Shown piece after piece: positions 42,237 to 53,301 of a stretch of DNA of 64,000 bases. The stretch is from Eledone cirrhosa. Lineage: Eukaryota. Every line of letters starts with the position of its first letter. Within the stretch, counting starts at the first letter, position 1. The notes under the pieces are model-generated. The model was not told the origin of the DNA and did not search any database. It saw only the letters and a list, made by a program, of their open reading frames with translations. The position numbers and the translations under genes were made by a program. The stretch covers positions 52,142,001 through 52,206,000 of the forward strand of contig OZ024745.1 of assembly GCA_964016885.1 (NCBI GenBank), read 5' to 3'.

Positions 42237-42240
<4 letters not shown>
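41722..42240. mobile_element. Palindromic pLTR-type insert with an HHR in both arms
   Basis: 41724-41920 is the reverse complement of 41942-42140. Consensus ACTGC-CTGAAGA-GGT..AGCC..GGCT..ACC-GAAA-TATATA-TA-GCAGT at 41766-41820 (-) and 42041-42095 (+, GATA in place of GAAA). Confidence 0.88.
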
Positions 42241-42291
<51 letters not shown>

Positions 42292-42295
<4 letters not shown>

Positions 42296-43977
42296 ATAAT
42301 AATAAATTTGAAGACTAAAATCCAAAGAGGGCTCGATAAGGATAAATATATATCAAATATATAAGAACCGTAGAGCAAATATTTATTAAAATAACAGATT
42401 AAAGTTTAAGCAAAGAATCGCTGCTTTCACCCTTAACGGGATCTTCTGAAACTAACTAAGTCAATCTGTAAACGCAGAAGTGGATATTTCAAAAAACGTT
42501 GCAACCGGAGGAAGACAGGAAGACGATACTTTGGTTCGTGGAAACGTTCCCTGGCAAAGAACGGGACAAAACGAATATAATACGTCATTAATAGGAGCGG
42601 TGAAAAACAATTACGCGCAAAGACAGAACCACGTTTATGGTGTAAAATAGGTCGTAGACTAATATTCTCTTAGGTGGTTCATAGAGACGTTCTCTGTCAA
42701 TGAACGGAAAAAAACGAAGATAATACGTCATATGTTGACCGTGGAGAACAATTGCACGCAAAGACAAAACCACGTAAATGGTATAGCAGAAGTCGTAGAC
42801 TAAAATTCAAACTAGGGGACCGAATGAATCTCCGCTTCAGAGTTAAGAACAAAGTAAATAAATACAATACAGAGGTAATAGAAATTAAATAAATACATAC
42901 ACGCATACAAATACGTACATACACAAGCATACGCGAAACCACTTACCATAGGTATACAAAACCACGCACATATAAATATGTGTGTGTGTATGCGTGTATA
43001 CAAATATGGTTTGGTTATGTGTATACGGGTGTTTTGCGTCTGTGTGAGTATGCAGGTTCGTACGTATGTAGGGTGTGTGTATATGTGTACTTCATGTTTT
43101 GGTTGACTTACGTCTCCGAACATTGTGTATTTACATGTAGGTATGTGTGTGTGTTTTTTATATACGTATTTATTTATTTATATACGTTTATTTAATTATT
43201 TATTTATTTGTATACACGTATACACACACACATATTTATATGTGCGTTGTTTTGTATACCTATGGTAAATGGTTTCGCGTATGCTTGTGTATGTACGTAT
43301 TTTTATGCGTGTATGTACTTATTTAATTTCTATTACCTCTGTATTGTATTTATTTAATTTCTATTACCTCTGTATTGTATTTATTTAATTTCTATTACCT
43401 CTGTATTGTATTTATTTACTTTGTTCTTAACTCTGAATCGGAGATTCATTCGGTCTCCTAGTTTGAATTTTTGTCTACGACTTCTGCTATACCATTTACG
43501 TGGTTTTGCCTTTGCGTGCAATAATTCTCCACGCTCCACATATGACGTATTATCTTCGTTTTTTTCGTTCATTGCCAGAGAACGTCTCTATGAACCACCT
43601 AAGAGAACATTAGTCTACGACCTATTTTACACCATAAACGTGGTTCTGTCTTTGCGCGTAATTGTTTTTCACCGCTCCTATTAATGACGTATTATATTCG
43701 TTTTGTCCCGTTCTTTGCCAGGGAACGTTTCCACGAACCAAAGTATCGTCTTCCTGTCTTTCTCCGGTTGCAACGTTTTTTGAAATATTTACTTCTGCGT
43801 TTACAGATTGACTTAGTTAATTTCAGAAGATCCCGTTAAGGGTGAAAGAAGTGATTCTTTGCTTAAACTTTAATCTGTTATTTTTAATAAATATTTGCTC
43901 TACGGTTCTTATATATTTGATATATATTTATCCTTATCGAGCCCTCTTTGGATTTTAGTCTTCAAATTTCTTATTAT

Positions 43978-43981
<4 letters not shown>
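42292..43981. mobile_element. 1.7-kb palindromic insert, family B
   Basis: 42292-43004 is the reverse complement of ~43207-43981. The right arm has three 30-bp tandem units at 43320-43412. Long (TA)n flanks both sides. Confidence 0.93.
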
Positions 43982-44068
<87 letters not shown>

Positions 44069-44344
44069 CTTCCAACAGAAATGGTCGCATTCTTTAAGGG
44101 TATGTCAATATTTATTTATAAAACTGATCTATATTATATTTTATCTGATGAAAGAATCACCATAATTTAACTTGGTGTCCTTGAAATATGTATAATGAAA
44201 TAAAAATGGTTTCATAAATATAGTTTCCATTTGTTAATATATCGTATTTTTACTCCAATAATTTGCTGAGTGCAGTTATAAAAATATTTGCTTGTTGTAT
44301 CCCAACAATTTACTTAGAACTTCTACATATATATATATAAATCT

Positions 44345-45364
44345 AATTTCAGCGAGATCGAATTTCGGCAGTGGTCGAAAACGGAGCGAAACGCAATTTC
44401 CGAGTTATGCGGCAAGCGCTTCATGGACTAACAAAAGACCAAAGCAATAAACATAGGTTATAGAGGCCAAACAAACTGAGAATGGCGGTCAAGAAGCCAT
44501 CATCCACCTAACCCCAAAACAACGAAGCAAGCTAGAGAGGTCAGACAAAAGAAGATTATACCTGGACCCCAGGAATTTATGGTATAATCCAGTAAAGGGA
44601 TTCTGCGACACCTAAATCAATTATACTGCCTGCTTCCATATTAAGCTTATGGTATAATAATCAAACAAGGCTGCCACTTCGTCAACAGGTATTTTGTTCT
44701 CAGCCAGGTAGTGGAATCCCGGCAGTAGTAATGTGTAGTAGCGATAATGATAACCCCACGTGTATTACCCTGCGATGGAGGTAACCCCAGTTTTTGGCGG
44801 ATTAATTCAGCATGTGTAAAATTAATGCAAGAATTTCAAAAACTGCACAAATCGAATTAAGCTCTCGACCGGGTTGTTTTTAAAATAAACTTAAGCAATT
44901 AATCAGTAAATAGAATTATCTAATATAATTAACTGGCTGATTGCTAGGCTCGGGAGATTAATACAATTATAATTTCAACGAGATCGAATTTCGGTAGTGG
45001 TCGAAAACAAAGCGAAACGCAATTTCCGAGTTATGCGCAAGCGCTCCATGGACTGAAAAAACCCCAGAGCAATAAACATAGGTCATAGAGGCCAAACAAA
45101 CTGATAATGGCGGTCAAGGAGCCAACATCCACCTAAGCCAAAAAGACGAAGCAAGCTAAACAGGTCAGGCAAAAGAAGAATTTACCTGGACCCTTGGAAT
45201 TGATGGTATAATCCAGTAAAGGGTTTCTGCGACACCTAAATCAATTACACTGCCTGCTTCCATGCTAAGCTTTTGGTATAATGATTGAACAAGCCTGCCA
45301 CTTCGTCAACAGCTATTTTGTTCTCAGCCAGCGAGTGGGATCCCGGCAGTAGTAATGTGTAGTA
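44345..45364. repeat. Diverged tandem duplication, ~400-bp unit with ~625-bp period
   Basis: taatttca.cgagatcgaatttcgg...cccggcagtagtaatgtgtagta occurs at 44345-44740 and 44970-45364. Confidence 0.85.
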
Positions 45365-45674
45365 AATATATGATCTAAAAATTACTAGAATTAAATGAAT
45401 CAGAAAACAATGAACACATGGAATCTTGTCTTAATGCAGAATATCGAAACATCAAGAGATGTCAACATGAATGGACCTATTATTTTTATCTAAATACATT
45501 TTTTCCAATTCCATCCCGCCCGTCCCCTTATTCTATTTTATTTCTCATTCTTTCTTCTCATGAAAGACTAGCGTCCGAAACTTTAAAACCCTCTTCCTGC
45601 TATATCTAGCGTTCACCTAATATATACCTTCCATATACTGTACCGATTGTGTTGTTATTTCTGTTTTCCTTTTA

Positions 45675-45872
45675 CAGAAAAACAAGATGGCGTAGGACAG
45701 AACAAAGGAGAGACACAATACAAAGAAAAGAATCCCTAGTCACTGATGCGGTTACAGAATGTGTGACGAAAGAACTTTGACAATATATGAACGACCATCC
45801 GGTTGTGGAATCAACCAACGGGAAATTTATAATAAATTGAAGTGAAAGCAACTGGTGCGTGTGTTTCTTATT
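45675..45872 (+). mobile_element. Older solo pLTR fragment of the 10200-15658 PLE family with decayed HHR
   Basis: atggcgtagga...agtcactgatgcggttacagaatgtgtgacgaaagaac...aaattgaagtgaaagcaactggtgcgtgtgtttcttatt aligns to 15400-15629. Confidence 0.85.
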
Positions 45873-46111
45873 TCACTTAATAATTCTTGCGAACAGATTT
45901 AGATCTGTCCGGGTATCAAAGGCTGTTGCCCAATATAGGTTTCTTATTTTTATTGATTTATTACTTTAAATCGAGACAGGCAAACCATATTGCTTTAAAT
46001 TAGTATTTTTTCAACCCAACTAACTTGGTAATTTGCAATTGGAACCCATGTATACTTATATCGGTGTTCATCCCTCTCATATATTCAATTGCACATACAC
46101 ACATACACACT

Positions 46112-46189
<78 letters not shown>

Positions 46190-46190
<1 letters not shown>

Positions 46191-46690
46191 CTATTTATTG
46201 CCACGAGGGCGCAAAAGAAGGGGACATACACAAAAAGGCGAGTAAAGAAAACAAATAAATATAAAATTAACAATAAAGTCCTCAATAGGGAGGAGGCGTT
46301 TTGGGGGGTCGCACACACCCCCGAATAAAGTGTGCAACCCTTCACCTCAGGAGCACAGAGAGAGAGAGTGCTCTTTCGTCCCTTCGTCTTTTCCATCTAC
46401 AGGCTGATGTAGAGAGAAGGCTCATTCACACGGGCCATTCTCGCCACTTTCACCCACCTTTCATAAAAACGACTGGGGTGGAGCACCTCTCTCGCCATCC
46501 TGATCCTTCTTCCGAAATGGTATCGGAAGAAACGGATCAGTTGTTGGCCAGCGAGAAAGGTGCCTGACCTCAGTCCTTTTAGACGCGTCCACCATACAAC
46601 CTCTTTCACCATGGCTATTACGCCAAGAAACTCCGCCTCTCCTTCATTTTTGAAGGGAGGAGGCGGCTTAATCGTTTCTGAAACAGATAT
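46190..46690 (-). mobile_element. Probable L1/Tx1-type LINE 3' end abutting (TA)n
   Basis: Minus-strand peptide KEVVWWTR..LIRFFRYHFGRRIRMAREVLHPSRFYERWVKVAR resembles ORF2 C-termini of L1/Tx1 elements (recognised from memory). It is followed by a short UTR with AATAAA and then (TA)n. Confidence 0.5.
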
Positions 46691-48138
46691 TTTGGTTCTT
46701 TCACATATAGAAACCTGCTCTACATTTTGTGTACCTTAAGGTGAAATACCCACTAGAAATATACGGAAAATTATACAAATAGCATGTAATTGCCTGATCT
46801 ACTTATATAAAAATATAAAAACATAAAAATTATTTCTGCCTCCAGAAATATGTACTGTATTAATGAATCGAACATAAAGAGATAAATATAAACAGAATTT
46901 AAAAATAAGAAGTTGAATAGATTAGAAGAAAGAGAATATAATTATTTACATTGAAAAAACTAATCCATAAATTGAAAACTGCTATAATATCCAACAACTT
47001 CAATAAAAATGATTACATGTTTGATACATGTGAAACATGGGAAAAACGAAAATGTAGACTCAGAAAATTGTACATAATCTTGGAAAGCAATAATGCTAAG
47101 CTTTGACTAAATATAATTCAATTGCAAGGAAAGACCAACGACGTTGTAGAATAAATTTCATAAAATATATATATATTATTCATTTATTTATAACAAGAGG
47201 CTATCACCTGTAATGAAATATAATAATTTCGAAATGTTATCCATTGAAAATGAATGCAACATTATAGAAAATGCATACATTATGCACTCACATTAAATAT
47301 ATTCTGAAAAATGACTAGCTTTTCATACGCTGTGATCATATTTCTAGCCAATTCACCCATCACATTAAAAAGCAATCAGTAGAAAATATTTCCAAATTGA
47401 AAATCCAATCCAATGTGCGAGGTAAATCAACTATGCAACTATAATGACAATTCAGTGAACTCAATTATGAAGTGCAAATACTTGCAAATATTTCAGATTA
47501 TGCATATTTAAAACATTAAAAGTTTTCAAATTATTCAACCTCAGAAGAGCCATTCAAATATATGTATGGAATTGTAACTGCTAATGGAGTCGTAGGGCCG
47601 GCGTATCTTGGAGATGTTATACCTGTAGAATCCCATCCCCTTTCAAGGTTTGAACACGGCAAATTTCGTCTAGAGAAGGAAGAGGATTGTGAATGATATG
47701 GAGAAATTCAGAAAGTGATATGATGGAAAAATGGACCCAATATATGATTGGTACATTTTATTATTCGTCACGAAAGGAGAAAATACCATTTTGAACTAGG
47801 CGGGATTTGAACTCACACCTTACAGAGCCTGAATGATCATTGCAGAACAGTATATCCTTCGTTCTATCGGTTTTGTCAATTCACCGCTAGGCGTCAAACG
47901 AACCATAATATTAAACGTCTACAAAATAAAATGAAATCACATTGTAACAAAAATATTTCATTTACCCTTCAATACACAAAGTAAAAGGAACACAGTCAAC
48001 AAAAACGAATCACTATTCGTCAATAGAAGCTACTTGAAAGAGAAACTAGTAACCTTGTCCCAACTAACCTTGCTAGCTATAAGGCAATACAACCGAAACA
48101 AAAACGTAGCCACATAAGACAAAGACATGTTAAATAAT

Positions 48139-48319
48139 TGTTTCTACTTTAGGCACAAGGCCAGCAATAACCCAGTACATTACTGGTACTTTATTTTTAT
48201 CGACCCCGTAAAGATGAAAGGCAAAGTCAGCCTCGGCGGGATTTGAACTCAGATCGTAAAGGGGCGTAACTATGGTGGAAAGCATGGCGTCCGACCCTCT
48301 ATGATGCTGCCAGTCCACA
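48139..48319 (-). mobile_element. tRNA-derived SINE
   Basis: Same family as 2041-2218. A more decayed relative lies at ~47735-47890. Confidence 0.8.
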
Positions 48320-49266
48320 ATATCCCTGAATAAGCACCAATCATCTATATCAACGACGTACTGAGGTACGGAATGAAACACCAGTATTAACTACTTTTAA
48401 ACAGGGCCTTATTGCTCCCAAATGATAAATAAATAAATTCATATCAAACCTAAAGCAACAGAGATTCCTTTTAGAGTTCCAGCTATGAAATTATATATAA
48501 CCCTACGATGAATAATCAAGATAATATAAATTATAAAATGTATTGTGTATAAATCTGTCAATTTTGAATAAACACACGCATATACACTCATTAACGTATA
48601 TGTGTACAACAAGGTATTTCCCCTCTGAAAATACAGTATCAATAGCATTCAATAGTTGTAGATTGTAACTATCACATTAGAAAAATTACTGCCTCTGATT
48701 TTATTTTCATAAACTATGATTAGAAATAATAACGTTCCATCAATCGAATAATATATCTTATTCGTTTGAAGAACAGAAAAGGAATGGAGCACATGAGCAT
48801 CTGTAACGAATAGTAAAACATGATGATATATAGACATATAGATATTGCATACAGGCATATTTAGATGTATGTATGTATGTATGTATATAGAATGTATGCG
48901 TGTTTCCATGAAGGAATGAATGTATGTATGCAAAATATATTTTAACATAGTTACATATATCATTATGTACCAACATATTCAAATGTAAATGGACTTTACT
49001 AATTAGGTAACATTATAGAATACAATAATCGATACAAAGCTATTCCTCATAGTACTCCCATTTATCAAGCTATTAGAAGAATTAGTTGGGTGCAGCTTTT
49101 AAAATCACTTGGTGTCTGCATTTTGTATGTGCAAGGGTATTCAATATCCAGTGATTAGATGGTTGCTTCCTTTCTCAATGAAGTACATTTGACAGATAAA
49201 CTGCAGTTAGGTACCGCATTTAAGTGATTAATCGTAAAATTATATTAGACCTATTTAAATGTCTAA

Positions 49267-49304
<38 letters not shown>

Positions 49305-49519
49305 GATAAATAGACAGATGCACACGCACACACACACAGGCACACACACACACACACACATACACACATAAGATGTCTCCTAGCAGATTCGAGCAGGCCT
49401 CGTAAACGATAATCACCGCATTCAGATTTGGAGCGCTTGTCCTTTTAAATCGAGGGGAAAATTGCATTTAACCTGTCTTGCCGGACATGCTCACCATGTT
49501 ATATAATGAGAATTAGCTA

Positions 49520-50760
49520 ATGAATGGCCATAGCAACATAGTCTCCTCCGAAGTGGATCAGTTGATCAGGTATTCAATCCAAAGCTGGAACTTTCCCTAT
49601 GTGTAACTCTTTAATTGTAAACGTTATCTCATCAATGTTTGGATCATTCATCATCTATGTTACAGTTTCCTTTTGCGGCAGTCCATTAATAATTTCCACA
49701 TCAACAAGATATGGGTTATCGACCAGATTTCTAAATTGTTCATTCCACTGACTCATGATTCCTTTTATATATGTGATGAGGACGTTCTCATCTGTTGATT
49801 TTAAAGGTTCCATTTTAGTGGGCTGTTGGTCAAAAATGTGGTTTTTATGTTGTATAATGCCTTCATGTCTCTGTAGTTATAAGCACTCTGGATCTCTGTT
49901 GAAACCTGAGGCCACAAGCCTTTCTTCATCTTTCTGTTCTTACATTGCAGTTTTAACTTTGCTTCGTTGAAGGTGGTCCTCAGTGAACACTCTTCAACAT
50001 ATAACTTATTCTTTTCTCCAATGAGCATGGTGATTGCAACATTATTTTAAACAAACCAGTCTGTTTTATCTTCTTGAGTCCAATTACATTTACCTCAGCA
50101 CGATAAACCTGTGTTTTAAACTATTCTAAACTTCCTTTAAAGACGACGTTGTTAAGTTTATTTTGAATAACATGTCGCATTTGTAAAGGTTGCAGCTTGG
50201 ACACATCTATGTATTGCACACGACCATCTCAAAACCATTGCATAATTGCAAACGAAAAGGCGATTGGTATTCATCTTGCCCATTCAGACAAGTCCTAAAA
50301 CACTACAGATGAGGTTGTCATTTTCTACACGTGCAGTGAAATCTCCAAGAAGCAATATATTGGCCGAATGTGAAATCTTAGGAAATCTTGGTAAAAAGCC
50401 ATGACTGATTCTTTGATACGAACCGGGGTAGGTGCATACACTTAAATGGCAGTCATGAAACGTCCATTGCAAGAGAATCCCCTAGATTCATCATTTGATC
50501 ACTTATGTCTCGTCGATGGCCCAGTCGCTTGGTGACCTCCGTTGGGACAGCAAAATCTACTCCTTCATTCCACTTCTCCTGATTTGGTTTCTCTTTTCAG
50601 AAGAACGTATAGACAACAACCCGCTGAGTGAGATGACATTTTTCACTAAGAGGGCTTCCAGAAAATGCAGCTAAATCAACATTATATCTCTTGAATTATC
50701 TGTCAACGATAGAATTTCTGCGTTCTGGATATGTGGATGCTTCCCTGTCAAGAGTCAAGA
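49520..50760 (-). pseudogene. Decayed RTE-clade LINE (AP endonuclease region)
   Basis: Minus-strand fragments PERRNSIVDR*FKRYNVDLAAFS and ILLLGDFTARV match RTE APE motifs (PERRT...RYNIDIAAL, LLGDFNARV); many stops. Confidence 0.7.
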
Positions 50761-51029
50761 AGTGCTATAATATTCCATGCAGTTTTCTGGCACACATTGT
50801 AAAGAATATATAATTCATATTGAACACCTTATTTAATGCATGCACTGTATTTGTGTTGACTATTAATATAAAAATGACAAAGATCATGTGCACTCCACAA
50901 GTTGATGAAATGAATGTGGAGCCAGATATTTCCGTGAACTGAAAAGGTCTTGATGTAATGGATAGCTCTATAGTGGTCGCTCTAATTGTGGAACCTGCAC
51001 TCACCTCATTGAAGGCCACACGTATACAT

Positions 51030-51583
51030 TTAAATCAGGACAAAATTTTGCTGTAAAAAAATACTTCCCTTGCTCATCAAAAAATCTACTTTATGCCTTT
51101 AAATGTAAAGGATGCAATGAAGATTATATAGGACAAACTAAACTCACACTCAGAAATAGAGTGACAGTTCATCGCCAACAATTACGAGATCCAAACACGA
51201 GACAGATACGAGTAAGCGCACATCTAGACATTTGCGCAAGTAAAAAGACACCCAAATTCCAAGTGTTCCCATTTTACCTTTGCGTTGACAATACAACAGA
51301 ACAAATACGAATAAATAAGGAAAATATTTTCATTCAAAAATATAGACCAGCATTAAATACGTTTTAATATACATTATTACAACACCATAACATGCTAACC
51401 ATCCAAACAGACACATACACACATACATAACACCTTCTACTTTAGAAAATAAAAACCCGAACTAAATAAACCTTAACATATGTTTGCGCTGACGATAGAA
51501 CAGAACAAATACGAATAAGTACGAGGGAAAATATGTTGATTCAAAAGTATTCCTACTAACGGAAGCATTTTTCTACACACACA

Positions 51584-51625
<42 letters not shown>

Positions 51626-52730
51626 TACACACACACACACACACACACATACACACACACACACACAAAATATATATTCTCTTCATCTTAACATGCTAAC
51701 CATGCTCCCACACACACAACTCCCTCTCCCATTTCTACTAATAGAATCATTTTCCTACACACACACAAACACACACGCACAAAATATATATATTCTCTCC
51801 ATCTTAACATACTCCCACACACACACACATAACACCCATACACACACACACACAACTCCCTCCCCCATTTCTACCAATAGAATCATCTTCCTATACACAC
51901 ACACACACACACACACGCATACGCACAAATAAACATACATATGTCTACTTTCTTTATTTCAATAGAAAATCTGACACCCAGCGAACCAGCCATAATCACT
52001 GGACCTGAAGAATTCTCCCATCCCATTTCTCTTGACCACTCTTTTGCTTGTCATAAAATTCTCTAAAAGGCTACAAAATAAATTCCCAAATAGGGGCGCG
52101 ATTTTTAATGAACTTGTTCACGTGACAATCATAATTTCATTTATAACCAATCAAATTACATTTTAAAAAAAAGCCTCGTGAGCCACTTTTTTTATTGTCA
52201 TAAAATTCTCTACAAGGCTACAAAATAAATTCCCAAATACGGCCGCGAAATTTAATGATCATGTTCACGTGACAGCGATAATTTCATTTATAACCAATCA
52301 AATTACATTTTAAAAAAAGGTTTAAAGCCTTTAATTAAAAAGAAATTCAAACCCTCATATATGAAAAGACAACCCGAGCCCCCCCCCACCTGTTTGAAGA
52401 ACATTGTAACGCGAACTATTGCGAATTTTATTATACTTATTGACCAACCAATCAAATTATTTCTCTAAAAACCTTTTTTCCATATAAAACAAGTAACATT
52501 CAAAGACCAACCAGATGTGAGAAAAACAACAGACCATCCATCTCAACTCTACTTTTGAAAAGCAGAAGAACTGTGAAACCGGTAAAGGAACCAAATAAAT
52601 ATATATATCTTTTTAAAAATAAGACTCCAGTTGCATTTTCGATTTCATCTTTTTTTCTTTATACTTTCACTCGTGTAGGACACCTCGGTTATTTTTCATT
52701 TTGTAAAAAACCTCACCTTCTAATATATGT
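51030..52730 (+). mobile_element. PLE 3' fragment: GIY-YIG plus long 3' UTR ending in a TA run
   Basis: 51065-51367 reads FPCSSKNLLYAFKCKGCNEDYIGQTKLTLRNRVTVH...ENIFIQKYRPALN. The UTR has tandem repeats (52047-52320) and an HHR motif at 52552-52587. Confidence 0.8.
52552..52587 (+). ncRNA. Minimal hammerhead with U3-A8 covariant core
   Basis: CTT-TTGAAAA-GCAG aagaa CTGT-GAAA-CCGG-TA-AAG. Confidence 0.65.
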
Positions 52731-52966
52731 ATATATATATATATATATTGTTATACTTGGGGAGGGTCATATTTGCGTAATATTGCCAGAATTAATAACA
52801 GAACACACTCACTGTTTGGTTGGTTTTCGCTTCTCGCTGTCTTTTATTATATCTGCGATCTAACTTACTCGGTCCTCAATGTTGCCATTGACTGACCGGC
52901 GGTCAAAAATAATACAGATACAATATAGACACAAACACATGTATATATATATAGTTTACATAATTT

Positions 52967-53008
52967 ACATAAATCTTTCGTTGCACATCTGCAACATCGT
53001 CAGTGGTG
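52967..53008 (-). ncRNA. Minimal hammerhead-like motif in pLTR
   Basis: Minus strand reads CA-CTGACGA-T-GTTGCA gatg TGCAAC-GAAA-GATT-TA-TG; stem I is short. Confidence 0.65.
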
Positions 53009-53301
53009 TTATATTCATTGTTCCTCCTGTTGTGTTGTATGCCTACGCCATTTTTTATTCAGTCTGTCTATATATTTCTTTATTTATTTGCTTGTTTGTT
53101 TATCTTATTTTATTTATTTATTTTTTTTTTTTTGTCTTCTTTGCGCATGCGTTTGCGTGTGTGTATAGGGTTATGTGTGATGTGTGACTAGTGTGTATAG
53201 TGTTGTGTCTGCTGGGTGACTAGTGTGTGTTTATGTGCTTGTTGTTATTGTGCTTGTGTATGTATTTATTTATCTTATTTTATTTAATTTTATTTACTTA
53301 T

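Noticed and set aside
43320-43412. Regular short repeats resembling a CRISPR array (also 19014-19112 and 12230-12430)
   Set aside because: Head-to-tail tandem units without unique spacers, no cas genes, and a eukaryotic context.
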